63,336 nt of DNA, filler included, from Lenisia limosa (GCA_001655205.1; 17 parts of 17 records of this genome joined end to end with filler, not necessarily neighbours in it), one strand, 5' to 3'; shown: positions 47,921 to 60,820, numbered from the whole stretch's first letter. Program-made: numbers and translations. Notes: generated by a model not told the origin, from the letters alone.

Positions 47921-50900
47921 CTTTTTCTTGGGTGGCTTGGGCGGCGCAAAACTCTCGGCAGTTGGGGGAGTAGGAGCGGTGTTTTCTGATGGAGGAGGAA
48001 GGAATCCTACTGTGTTAATAAAATGTTTTTGAAGATAACGGGGGTGATTTTTGGAGAGAAAAAAGAAAATAAATAGGCCAGTGAGTCCTTTGCTGATTAG
48101 CTTATAATCTATTCTTCGGTTTTACCTGTTGCACTTGTAGTATGTATCTGTTCAGTCTAACATGAGGTTGAACTATTTTTTGAAAAAAAATAAGAAAAAA
48201 ATTTACATTACTTCACGCCAACCTAATCAGAAGTCCCTCTCCCCCACGTCTAATAACAATAATCCCAACCACCATTTCACAGCCTCAAGATAAATACCTC
48301 TCATTTCAAGCCTACCTAGACCCACCCCCATCCATCATAATTATCCTCAAAGCCCAAAAATCTCCATGTCAAGCCAACCGGGTTGCGGAGACAGTGAGCG
48401 GTAAAGGGACTTTTTCAGTGCCTTTTTTGCCAATGGCGACGCTCCAGATCTAAATTGTTGGATTATTATTCATCATAACAATAGAAAATGTCAGAATTGT
48501 AATCTGATTTATGGTAAAGAAGAAGATGAAGATGATAACGATGATGGGTGATGGTAATGATGGCAGTTATGTTGGAGAGAGTCTGTGCTAACACACAGAG
48601 GCAGAATTTTCCTCAAAAAACAGGATCGTACCCTGGTAGAGCTCCCATAGACTGCGATAAGCTTCGCCCAGATCTCAAAGCTGCATAAATGTTAGATGTA
48701 CTAGTATGTATATAAATATTAGAGCTTCACTTTCGGTTCCGAAACATCTGTAAAATGATATTTATCGAGGATTTATCGAGAATTCAGTCTTTTTTGGAAC
48801 CGAAAGTGAAGCCCTAATAATTTCATATTGAATATGTAGATTTAAAAGCTTACGTCGTAGTCTTTCCATCGGAGTGACATCAACAACAAAAGAGTCTTCG
48901 TCTGACGAGCTGCTTGGCGGTCTAAAGGATTATAACTTCGTATCAATTAATTGAGAAATTATCTGGAATTTTGAAGTGAGACATACTGTTACGAAAACAC
49001 CTTATTATCACTTTACATAAAGTATGAGGTCGGAGAAAGTGATACACAAAAAAATATTATGAAGATTAAAATATTGATGAGTAATTCTCAAAGATCCTTC
49101 CAACTTTTGATTAGGGATGGATTTGAGTGCGGTTGCAAAACTGACTTCTTCATGGGACTCTATTCCAGCTTTCTTCTTGTCTCTCTGGAAAATGAGTTTT
49201 TGTTGTATTAAAGCTAAATTGCACAAAGATGAAAATCAACAAATTGTAGAGTTAAGTAATTACGGAATTATATACACATGTAAAAAAACAGGGGAGAAGC
49301 TATAACAAGAATCAGCACACAAAATATTGAGGGAAAAATATTTTCAATAAAAAAATTTGAGCCCAATAACATCATGTAAAATTAATCAGGTATTACTGAT
49401 CCATTTTTAAAAGAAAAAAGTTGCTCAAATCACCCCCCCCTCGGCCCCACAGGTGTACAGAGAACTTCAGGCACAGCATTAACGGTCACTTTTGTCCCTG
49501 GGGATTTCCGGCGTGGCTCCGGGGTGGACTGATCGTCAGAAGAGTTCAGTTCTTCATTTTTCTTCCGAGCTAGAGCCTCGCGACGCCGTCGGCGTGCTAA
49601 TCGCCTTTTTTGCCGAAGGTCCTCTGAGCTGCTTGAACTCGACTCATCGCTTGATGACGGTGACGGCGAGGGCTCTTTGCGAGCGCGCGACTTCTTCTTG
49701 GTCTTCTTTTTCGTCTTTCTCGTGTCACGGGGTGGACTGGGCGGGTCATAGATCTCCTTTCGAGACTGGGCCAACTGATATAATGCCGATGACACTGCCG
49801 GGTCTAGATAGGAGTGGGCTTCAAGAGGATCATATAGAGACCCCAGGGAGTTAACGCTGTCCTGAGGATAATTCATTCCTGGGGGGTGCTGCGGCCCTAA
49901 GAACTTGGGGTTAGGCCTATCGGAATAATGAGCATCTTGAACCGGGAAATCATGGAGGAGTGACGGCTGCGGAGGAATAACGCTCAGGGGAGACAGCGAT
50001 CTACGCGCTCGTTGATTGTTTTGTCTAGCCTGTTGCTGGGAGGGACCGCCGAACCGAGGAGGGTTGACTGTCTCATAGTTCATGTGAGAGGGCGGCGGAG
50101 GCTGCTGCGAACGTGAGTATTGATCGTAATTCTGATATGAGAGTGTTGAGTTGGTCGGAGTTGGTGACGGTGACGTGGCAATATTAGGGTAGGAGTCAAA
50201 CAAGTCTTCGTTGAAAGTGCCCCGACTCGGGACATTGGAGTTACGCGCGTATGAGGCGTGCTGATATTGAGCCTGAGGGAGGGACCTGTCATGATATATC
50301 CTCTGCTCTTGCTTCTCGTAGAGCTGGTCATATTGAGAGCTGCCTACCTTATCATTCCATGAAGATTGTGGATCCACTTTTCGCGTGGGTGGGACATGGG
50401 ACGAAGGTCTGTCACTTCTTGGGTCGTATCGTTCGTGAAGGTCAGAAGAGCCATCACTGTAAAGAGAGCGGCTACGCTGAACAGGCTGGGCAACCGGCGG
50501 GCTGTTTGAAAAGGGTCTTTGTTGATCAGCTTGCTGAACGCTGGCGTGCCTTTGGTCTTGGGGAATCGACTTCTGCTGATGATATTGCGGGTTTTGGTAA
50601 GCACCATGGTCTTGCTGTTGTGGATGATACGGCAGATGTGGGTACTCCTCAAGTGGAGGTGCTTGATAAAAATGTCTCTGCCGGTCTTCGTACTGATGTT
50701 CTCCGACTTGATCAGGGTATTGGCGAGATTGATGGCGCTGCTGCTGAAGATGTTCTTGTCTTGGGTCATACGGGGGATTTTGATGGGGACGGCGCACAGG
50801 TTGATCCTGGAATACCGATTGCTGGGCTGGAGGAAGATGTTGACGGGAGTGTTGAAATGGGTCCTGTTGAGATTCCTGTCGATATTCTTGGTGCTGTCCA

Positions 50901-52455
50901 TACTGCATCTCAGAACTCTGGTTGTAAGCATAAGGGAAAGCCTGCTGGAAGGGAAGAGGTTGTTGATCGCGTGGATCTTGAGAATAATTATCCCGGGGAT
51001 GCGGCGGGAGCTGGGCTTGGCTTTGCCGGAAGGTATCATGTTCCTCCTCATCTACTCGTTTGTCTTGGTACGGTACCTTGCGTGGATAGTTTTGCAGCGG
51101 AGGATTGCCACGATCGTGAACGCCTTGATTGAGGTTTTGATGGAAATACTGCTGATCCCTCTGATGTTGCGAGTTATCAACAGTCCGATTCTGATAAGGC
51201 TGCTCTTGAGGATATTGTTGTGGGTCGAGCGGTTGACTAGAAAAGTCAATTCTCTGGCTCTGTTCTCCGCTATACAACGTGGCGTCTTGTTGACCGCTAC
51301 TGGGGTCGGGATTTATATCAGTTCTCGTGCTATTACTTGACGGAGGGTATTCTGAGGTATCCCTTGGTGGTGGAGGTTGAATTAGAGTCTCACGTTGAAC
51401 AGGGGTAGAACTGGAGCTGTCACCCTCAGTTACTTCTCTGGTAGAGGACAAGTTGTCTGAAGGAAAGTGCTGTGGTTCTAATATGACATTTTGACCTTGA
51501 AGAGGAACGTTTCCAGATCCTTGAGGGGGCACACTGCTGGCTTGCTGAAGATCGTCAGAAGTTCCAAGGTTGCTTCCCTGTTGAAATTCGCCATAGTTTT
51601 TCGAGTGATCAGTTGCGATAGGTACTGTTTGGCTGTGTGAAGGGGGTGGAAGAAACTCGTTCACAGGATTGAGCGGAACAGTTTGTGACCCTTCTGGAGG
51701 TACATCACTAAAATCGGATTCTGGTACCGGTTGAGGTGATGGGGTGACCATTAGGTCCGTTGACGAGATTGCAGCATTTTTTACATCAGTAGCATTACTT
51801 TCGACTTGGGGTTGCGGAATGGGCGGAAGCGGCGGCTCAAACTGAATTCTCGATGTCGAAACTTCAAAGGGGTCATCATCATCGCCTACAGGATCGGTTT
51901 TGGTTGCCGGAGTGGAGAATTCAATGTCGTGGACAGTTGTTAGGTTCCGGGTTCCGAAAATGTTATCGGAGTCTTCCAAACTGGTCAATGTCGGAATCGG
52001 AACACTTTGACTCGGATTTGAGATCGTTTCCAGAGCCGACACCGGAAGTGATGGCGCTGTGAAGGACAAAGGGCTCTCGCGAGGCTCCTCGGGGCTATCG
52101 TCATCATTAGCGCGCAGAGAATGTGGCGACGACGCAATGGCTGACATAAGAGAGAGAGACAGCGAAGGTCGTCGTGGTCGGGACTCCGGTGAGCCCTCCA
52201 TCCCAGGGATGAGAGGCGGTGGTGGTGGTCCTAACTTTGGTTCTTCAAGAGGTGGCGGCGGGGCTAACTGTGGAGAGGAGAGCGACGGAAGATCTTCGGT
52301 GCTATTGGACCCCAGGCCGGGTTTTGAGATAACTGGGACAGACGAAAATGGATCCAGGAGTTCTAATGGTGGCGGCGGCGGGAGCGGTAAGGATGAAGTC
52401 GGATTTGATGGTAAGAAGGGGGGCGGTTCGGGGGACAGGTTCATTTTGGGCGCCT
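47921..52455 (-). CDS. Pro/Gln/Ser-rich low-complexity protein: one ~3 kb exon (49453-52455) plus several small exons, partial
   Basis: 1004-aa ORF preceded by a CCCCCAG acceptor and ending at a GTGGGG donor. Polyproline tracts, a WH2-like SLMSAIASSPHSLR, a Q/H/Y-rich centre and a basic RRRRR block. Downstream exons e.g. PPSSSSDEDSFVVDVTPMERLR and ALRSGRSLSQSMGALPGYDP. Confidence 0.7.
48720..48816. mobile_element. MITE-A copy
   Basis: TAGAGCTTCACTTTCGGTTCC...GGAACCGAAAGTGAAGCCCTA. Confidence 0.85.
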
Positions 52456-53826
52456 GGGGGATGCGTTAATAAAAATTATATTACATAAAAAAAGTCGGTT
52501 AATGTAAATTGTATTATATAAATAGAGCCTAAAATTACCCGGTTTAGGGGGTCGTGGAAGGATAAATGTAAAATAATATTACATAAAAAGATCTCAAAAT
52601 AAATTCATTTGAGGGGTGGTTGGTATAAATAAATAGATATTTTATGAAACAAACATNNNNNNNNNNNNNNNNNNNNNNNNNNNNNNNNNNNNNNNNNNNN
52701 TTAATTAATTAANNNNNNNNNNNNNNNNNNNNNNNNNNNNNNNNNNNNNNNNNNNNCCAGTACTGGGGTGACCTGCAAGGCGCAAGGAAGGGGAGAAATA
52801 AAGCCTGAAATTTAAGTAAACAATAGATAAAAGACCTGAGAAAGACTGAAAAATATAATTCTTCATAAAATGAAATGATGCCATGTATGCTCCTGAAAAA
52901 TGAACTCCCCAAACAGCTTCAAATGAAAAAAAATAAAACGACAAAAACATATGAATAAACAGTCAAAAAGATATTGGTAATGTTATTTTGCATACCAAGG
53001 GATTGTCACCGAAAACATGTCGATAATTATCCAACATGCTTCGACGAAAAGGGTTGTGGAACTTCGTACTTGGGCATTTCTAGACAAAGTCAAACAGACT
53101 GTTCTTGTCAATTATTAAACATTATAGCCATAGGGTGAAAACGTTTGGCAACTATCGCCATAAGAATTTGTCCCAAAAGCAGCAACAAACACTAAAACAA
53201 GTGGGGAGGGAGTAATTGTAAAATGTGATGTATGTCCTTCCATCAATTTACAAATAGTATATCATATCAAACAAAGGGCTGGTACAGTCGCAGGTTGAAA
53301 GATGATAATGTTCATTCCGATGAAAATGAAATACAATAAAGAACTTAACGATTGCCAGTTTGCCTTATATGTTTCTCGTGTTCTCCATGACAGTAAATTG
53401 ATTGACGACTGTTTTGTCATCAATACCGTTTCCAATAAAGTGTAAGACATTTGTTTCATTTGTTTTTAATGTATAGTATTTCTCTTGTTCAAAAAAAAGG
53501 AAGACATCCAGAAGGGTAGGATTTTCGTGAACGACTTCAATCAGGTCACCAGTACTGCTCCCCCAGTATTAGATTAACTACCAAAAATAAACTGGAACTG
53601 AAAAATATAGAATCGTCCCAAAATATCTAGAATGGAAAAAAGCAGTTTTACCAAGGATCCCTACTCAACCATGATATCAGGATGTGTTGAGAATGACGGG
53701 AGGTCATCTATCCTAAACAATAAACCATATCTTTGCTCTTACAATTCGTATGTTTTTATTTCTTTTTTTAATATCGACGGCTGTTTGTTCATTTATGGGG
53801 CCAATTGTTAAAGGGGAAGATATAAG

Positions 53827-54133
53827 ACCGGATTGCTGGATAAACTATTGAAAGACTACAGACCTGAGCATGTGCTAAAGCTCTCTACCCGAAAGATGTA
53901 TGAAAGGGCATCGGAGTTTGTTCCAACTGAACATTGCATGAACAAAAATTTCCTCAAAGTTTGGATGCCCTTTATTTTGTCACTAATGCTTGTGTGGTGT
54001 ATCGAGCTTAATTATATTAGCTTCAAGCTCATGATGCTCCAAGGAACAGAGTTGCATTCACCATGAAGAGACAGACTGTGTACCGTCACCATTGCGTTCT
54101 TAATACACTTGGCCCAGCGCAAGGCTTTTTGGG
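53827..54133 (+). CDS. Possible exons of an unknown gene
   Basis: TGLLDKLLKDYRPEHVLKLSTRKMYERASEFVPTEHCMNKNFLK and LQAHDAPRNRVAFTMKRQTVYRHH, each with plausible splice sites. Confidence 0.3.
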
Positions 54134-54140
54134 GTATACG

Positions 54141-54228
54141 TAGGGCTTCAAAAGACCGGTTAAATATCGATAGTTTTCGAGGATTTATCCAGAAGTTCAG
54201 TCTTTTTTCGAACCGAAGTGAAGCCCTA
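54141..54228. mobile_element. MITE-A copy with a short left-arm deletion
   Basis: TAGGGCTTCA-AAAGACC...TTTTTCGAACCGAAGTGAAGCCCTA. Confidence 0.8.
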
Positions 54229-54239
54229 GGCATACATTA

Positions 54240-54400
54240 ATGTAGATTATACAATTTTCCAGCAAGACAATGACCCGAAACACACTGCGAAGGTGAGATG
54301 AGAGTAGTAGAATCAACCTCCGGCCCGTCATAGAGGTTAATACTATTAGAATGGTTGATGGTCCTGGAAGTTTCCATTTCTCCCGCGGTTTCCGCCGTGT
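54240..54400 (+). pseudogene. Tc1/mariner transposase relic (second catalytic Asp motif)
   Basis: YTIFQQDNDPKHTAKV* is a near-consensus Tc1 motif, followed by degenerate EWL..VLE. Confidence 0.55.
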
Positions 54401-55852
54401 TAAAAGATACAAAAGTCGCCAAGGCGTTCGTGAGTGAAATGTAAGCACCCATTTAAGCAACAGAATTACTTCTTTTTAAATGAAAGAATCTTTAGTATAA
54501 AGGGAATTGACTCTCCAGTCTTATGAACCTATGGTGTATATTGTAACTTGATGCTTAAAACCCTTTAGGTTCAACAAAGTAAGAATATGTTGGAAGATCA
54601 GCACTCACTGCTTTCATTTTTGAGAACTAACTAAATGGCGTTAGATTGATAATCTTTTCCCTTATGTGAATTCTTTTTTCTATTTTTTTTTACTTTTTTG
54701 CTACACCGACTGCACTTGAATATATGTGTAAGCATCATATTTTTTTGGATGTGGTTCCTTTTTCTTTTCCCTTATGTATGTGAGTTGGCTCTTTTTTTCT
54801 GTTATTTTACCTGAACATTTTGTAACTGTTGTTGCTGAAGCGTATGCCCGATTCTCTACCAAAAGTTTAAGCTCTGTAAAATACACAAGCCAAATTCTAG
54901 CTTTTTTTCAGGGTGTTTGTAGATAAAGTAATCTGGGAGGGCATTATTGAGATTGAAGAAAAGTAGCAACATTAATGAAGGGATGCCTAATTCGAGTTTG
55001 ATAGTGAACATTATCGTAACATATTCCAAGTTTCTTCTTTAAAAGATTTCTCAGGCTAAAATAATCTCTGCACTTCTAACTCGAAGTTGCAAAACACAAA
55101 TAATAGGTATTATATGAAAAAAAACAAAAACAATCACAAACAGTGCCACAAAGAAAAGAAAAGGAAAAAGGGGAGGAAATGTTGAAGTCCGTAATAATTG
55201 CAGGAAATAGCAGTTAAAATGGTCAAAAAAACCCGCCATCAAGCAAAATGATAATTAATACTAGCGTCGATATTGTCATAGACGACATCTAGCCCCTTTA
55301 GTCTTCTAATTACTCCACCCACCTTTAGTCGTCTTATAGATTGCCGTTTAGAGTAATTCAACGCAGCGGAATAAGTCAGTTCAGCTGAATCTAAAACTAG
55401 TCACTCAACACAAGACGACAGTAATAGTTTTGATGGAGAAGAATAGATTCAAAAATTTACCATCAACAATCTCCAGATATTTATTCAATAATCTATGTGT
55501 ATCCAAATATGGTCTTCTTACCCTCATCTTCCGTCGTTTCAGCAACTGATATGGTTGCATCTGATGATAACTCAGAGTCGCTACTGATCTCCAGAGATTT
55601 TACGTTGGGCTGTTTAGCCTGGAATGTCATCCTTATATTGTATTTCCACATTTAGATTGAGTGCTCTGTGTTTCTTACACACAGCATCATAACAAAAACA
55701 ATAAACATAATTTTCACACAGATTCNNNNNNNNNNNNNNNNNNNNNNNNNNNNNNNNNNNNNNNNNNNNTTAATTAATTAANNNNNNNNNNNNNNNNNNN
55801 NNNNNNNNNNNNNNNNNNNNNNNNNTTTGACTTAACCTTCCCCCACCCCCAG

Positions 55853-57334
55853 ATGGTCACATTAAGGTGTTCGACATCAACACCCGTGAAGTGATGGCAA
55901 CTCTGGACTACGGCCAACCCTTGGTCTCTGTTGGTGTCTCCGTAGGCTGACAGCACAGTTTAGTTTTGTTTGACATGAAGCCTGTTTGTCTGGTGGCCCT
56001 CCTCATGCCCTAGGAAAACCATCTCGTTGTTGGCAGTAGCAGCGGCAAACTCACCATCAAATCCAAGGATAAGGCACATAAGGAGGCTATGCTGTTCAAG
56101 TCAGACAAGCCCCAGGTCCAGAAGCTGATGCGAGGCACTAGAAGATTCTTCCTGAGAGGTAATCTCATATTACAACGAAAACTTTGCCTTTTTTTTTTTT
56201 ATGTGCAGCAGTGAATACCCATCTCTTTAGGCAGCAACAGTTCCTCTGACATTCGCGACCATGTCATTGAGAGTGCCAGAAAAGCTAGACTTGGAGTGAG
56301 AGGGGAGGGGGGTATTGCAAGTCAGGGTTCTCTGTGTCCTGATTTATCACTGGTTTTCCGCTCTAATCAACAGCCCTATGAAACGTCACTGAAGAAGTTC
56401 CACTACTCCGAAGCCCTTTCAGGCGCCCTCGAGACCAAACACAGCCTGGTGGGTGTGAGGATGATCTACCCNNNNNNNNNNNNNNNNNNNNNNNNNNNNN
56501 NNNNNNNNNNNNNNNNNNNNNNNNNNNNNNNNNNNNNNNNNNNNNNNNNNNNNNNNNNNNNNNNNNNNNNNNNNNNNNNNNNNNNNNNNNNNNNNNNNNN
56601 NNNNNNNNNNNNNNNNNNNNNNNNNNNNNNNNNNNNNNNNNNNNNNNNNNNNNNNNNNNAGCGTGGTGAAGGTGCGCCATACTACATCGTGTATAGCTGT
56701 GTTGTATTTTACAAATAGCGGTAGTGGTTTTCATGGAGTAGGTATCCATAGGGCCCTCAGGAACCGCGGATTAGAGCAGCTTCTTCCTCTCATGAAGTTC
56801 ATCGGACAGTACATTGCTAAACCTCGCTACACTGAGATTCTGACTGACACGCTCCACATCATCCTCGGTTTGTGGCGCTTTTATTCTTTGGTGAAAAAAA
56901 GAAAAATGTTATTGCTGTGCCTTTGTGAATATTTACGGCTGCAGACCTCTATGGCAAGTTGATTGGTGAATACGACCAGTTTGATGATGCTCTGGCCTAC
57001 ATCCAGGTAAGGCACAGTCCATCTATGGTCACAGTTGATTTTTGCAGCTGAAGGTCCGCAAAGAGGCTCTGGTTCATCGTCATCTCGGCGGCGTGGCTGG
57101 AATGATCGGTATGCCTTATCGTCTTTCTATCCCGTACTAGCGCTAGATGTATCATTTTTCTCTTTGCTATGACACTCTTGGCGTACCCCTCTAGACTATT
57201 TAACAGTGGTAGGAACGGTGTATTCTGCCCGCACAGAGATGAAGAAGAAGAAGACCGGCCCGTCAATCCCGTGGCCGTCCACCTTCGAAGTTTCTGAGGA
57301 GGAGGCGCTTGGAGAGTTGGAGGCGTGTGGTTGA
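55853..57334 (+). CDS. UTP15: U3 snoRNA-associated protein 15, C-terminal half
   Basis: WD40 end DGHIKVFDI..LVVGSSSGKLTI, then YETSLKKFHYSEALSGAL, ALRNRGLEQLLPLMKFIGQYIAKPRYTEILTDTLHIILDLYG and GMIDYL. The last exon is uncertain. Confidence 0.85.
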
Positions 57335-57389
57335 ACGTTATTCCATTGGCAGAATGTGACACCGTAGGCATATGCATAAACCTCTGAAA

Positions 57390-59731
57390 GCTGACATTGT
57401 GCAACAAGTGCGAGAAGCCTTCGATGGGGGTGACGTTCCCTCTGAACTTCCCCTTACAGACTCATTCGATGTTGAGTTGCCTTGCTTTGGCCCGGCTATT
57501 AAGTCCAAGAAGAAGCTGGTTTGATGATTATTTCTGGGTTTATACCAGTCTCTTTTTTTTTTTTTCGTTTTTTTTTTTTTTCGTTTTTTTGNNNNNNNNN
57601 NNNNNNNNNNNNNNNNNNNNNNNNNNNNNNNNNNNNNNNNNNNNNNNNNTTTGTGAACAGCATTTCAAGCATTTTCGTTGTTACACTTGATACCCAAATA
57701 TTATACATTTGATATTTCAGGTCCGTGAGGTGAAGGTTGATTCGAAGAAGCACAGGTGAGGGGTGATAGGAAAGGAGTTTTGGTCATCTTGGCAATATTT
57801 ATTCGTCAATCCAACATTGGTCAATATTTCATGGGGAGGAGGGCTGAATTGATATTTTCCTATTCTAACCAATCAGTAAACTTCGCAAAAACAGAAAGAG
57901 CAAGAAGAGCAAAAAGGAAAAGATCTCTATTGCCACTGTATGATGGGTATTGTTGTAGGGGGCCATAACTCTAACTTTTCTCAATTCACCCTTTAGGAGG
58001 ACGAGTCTCCCAAAACGGAAACTCCCAAGATTGCCACCCTCAAAAAGGAAACCCCCAAGGTTGCTGCTACTTCTCAAAAAACTCCCAAGGTTGCCACCCC
58101 CAAAAAGGAAACTCCCAAGGTTGCCACTCCTCAAAAAACTCCCAAGGTTGCCACCCCCAAAAAGGAAACTCCTATGGTTGCCACTCCCAAGGTTGCCACC
58201 CCCAAAAAGGAAACTCCGAAGGTTGCTACACCTCAAAAGACTCCCAATGTTGCCACCCCAAAAAAGGAAACTCCCAAGCTTGCCACCCCCAAAAAGGAAA
58301 CTCCCAAGGTTACCACTCCCATGTCAGCAGTGAAGGTCTCCACCCCCAAGAAGACGCTCTTCAAATCCGCCCTCGTGAACGCTGCGTCAGCCCCCAACAC
58401 CCCCATTAAGGACGCACAGGTTTGGATTTTACTTTGCTTTGGTTCAGCGTTATAAATATATGAGACAAGCGAAGCACTCTCCTCTGACCCTCCAGCCCTC
58501 TGAGCCCCTTACCCCAGCCAAACCTGATGTTACCACCTTTGTCGAAGCCCTTGAGGTGGGATTGTACCAATCAGCACAGTTCTTCTCTGATCGTTATTGA
58601 CTCATTAGAAGGCCGCCACCCCGGTAGTCACTCCTCGCAACAAAAGGAACCGATCTTCAAAGGCTGAGCCTCAGGAGGTACGCTCACGGATTGCTGTTGG
58701 CTTCATGAACTCGTTTCTTTTTCTCACTTTTATCAATTAACAAGCCTTTTGTCATCTTTCATGAACAAATCAGGCTGAAGAAGAAGCTGTTAGCACCCCC
58801 CTCAACAAACGCACACGTTCTGCCAAGACCCCTGGCCCCAAGACCCCTGCTCCTACGGCTCCTAAAACCCCCAAGGTTGGTGGCTCTATTTCTTTCCACT
58901 ATTTCCAATATTTGGGGGAAGGGGAGAAGTAGTGAGTTTTTAAGCTCAAATGATAATTTCATTCCCTGTGTCACACAATAGGTTTCTAAGACTCCTGCTC
59001 CCAAGATTGCTAGGACGCCTGCTGTGAAGGTGGGAATTCCCTTTTCCTTTATTGGTAAAAGTCGGGTTTAGTATGTTATTTTCAGAGAATTGACCGCTTC
59101 AGATCCAAGATCCCGAGACTTCTGAGTCTCCAGTCATTACCCCGAGAAACCTGTGGGATTCCTTGCTGCTCTCACCCCTGCTGTATTCCGTTACTTCTTT
59201 TGATTATTTAGTCGCACACGTTCTGCCAAGACCCCTGGACCAAAGATCCCTGCTCCTAAGGCTCCTAAAACCCCCAAGGTTGGTGGGTCTATTCATTTTG
59301 AATCTTTTTTCTTTTCTACACAGCATCGAAGAATGATAAAAGTAAAATTCTAGATTGATAACATGATCAATTCCTTATCAATCTAGGTTGCTAAAACCCC
59401 GGCTCCCAAGACACCTGTAGCCAAGGTAAGAAGCACCTTTTTATCTATTGTGAATGAATTCGTGTCACTATTCGTCCTCTTTTTCACGCTGGTTTCTTTT
59501 CACAACTCACCACCCAGGCCAAAACTACTGACGAGGCAGAATCCCCAGTAATCACCCCCCACAACAGGTAAGCAATTTGGGCCTGCTTTTTGATACTTGT
59601 CAATATCATGTTCTCAATAAGCTAATGTGAATGGATTTCACGATATCTTCATAGTTTATAACCTGTTTCATTACAACTATCATCCCACCAACTCTATTCC
59701 GTTACTTCTTCTGATTGTTTAGACGCACACG
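57390..59731 (+). CDS. Basic TPK/TPKK-repeat protein (H1/Ki-67-like low-complexity), partial
   Basis: Exon 57998-58419 encodes (K)ETPKVATPKK repeats. Later small exons repeat RTRSAKTPGPK.PAP.APKTPK, V.KTPAPK and ESPVITP.N. Confidence 0.7.
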
Positions 59732-60462
59732 NNNNNNNNNNNNNNNNNNNNNNNNNNNNNNNNNNNNNNNNNNNNTTAATTAATTAANNNNNNNNNNNNN
59801 NNNNNNNNNNNNNNNNNNNNNNNNNNNNNNNATCGAGGACTTATCGAATAATTCACTCATTTTCTGATCGAAGTAAAGCCAATTATGAGTGATTCAGCAG
59901 CAAATTATTTTATAATATTAAAAAAACCCTAGTGTCTCAGTTAGTTGGTAACTTGACATTAAAGTGTCTGAAATGAGGGTGACAATATGCACAATTTTTA
60001 TTTCACGGAGCCCAAAATAATACCAAGGCCTACCGTTTACACTGATTTGTGATTCATGTTTCAGGGTACTGAAGACGAAGGAGAAGGGTGGCAAGTCGGT
60101 CAAGACGGTGGGGAAGGGGTCAATTTTGATAAAGATGTATAGTATGCATATTTCTGTGTACGTCAGGGGTGCGTAACTTTTAAATGTTACCCAATCTGAT
60201 GCAAATGTGATGCTTCGCTGGTTCGGGGGGGGGGGTGCAGTAAGCCTTCCTTTTTGGTCAATCGATTGGATGAGCATTTCATTGAGCCGCTTGTTCAGAT
60301 ACTAATAAATTGCAGTTTAGTAGCACCAACGCAGTACCAAGCTTTCCTCTTGATAAAGCATTTCTCGATAAAGCCTTGATAAGATCGATAAAAATATCTC
60401 GATAAACCTTAGTGAACCCTCGATAAACTCTCAATTAACAGATACACCCTTGACTCTCCATT

Positions 60463-60578
60463 GCTTTACTTCGATTCGAACAAAAGACTGAAATTGTGGA
60501 TAAATCCTCGAAGTCTCGATATTTCACCAATTTTCGAGATTTGTCGAGAAATTCAGTCTTTTTTCAAACTGAAGTGAA
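60463..60578. mobile_element. MITE-A degenerate copy
   Basis: CTTTACTTCGATTCGAACAAAAGACTGAA...TTCAGTCTTTTTTCAAACTGAAGTGAA. Confidence 0.65.
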
Positions 60579-60604
60579 AAATGGGTCTCCATACCACCAA
60601 GTGG

Positions 60605-60820
60605 CAACCTTTGTTTGAATGTGTTGTTAGCACAGTGGTGACAGCCTTTGTTTGAATGTATTGTTAACACAGTGACAGCCGTTGTTGTGTTGTTAACACA
60701 GTGACCGCCTTTGAATGTGTTGTTAACGTAGTGATGAAAGCCTTTGTTTAAATGTGTTGTTTACACAGTTATGACAGCCTTTGTTTGAATGAGTTGTTAA
60801 TACAGTGACCGCCTTTGACA
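60605..60820. repeat. Degenerate ~30-35-bp tandem repeat
   Basis: CAGTGAC(C/A)GCCTTTGTTTGAATGTGTTGTTAACA about x6. Confidence 0.8.

Noticed and set aside
50251-51340. Long + strand ORFs (293 aa, 273 aa) and an alternate-frame 235-aa ORF
   Set aside because: Shadow frames of the low-complexity 1004-aa exon; no independent motifs or splice context.
60605-60820. CRISPR-like look of the ~30-36 bp repeats here and at 42394
   Set aside because: Units are head-to-tail with no unique spacers, there are no cas genes and the context is eukaryotic: minisatellites.
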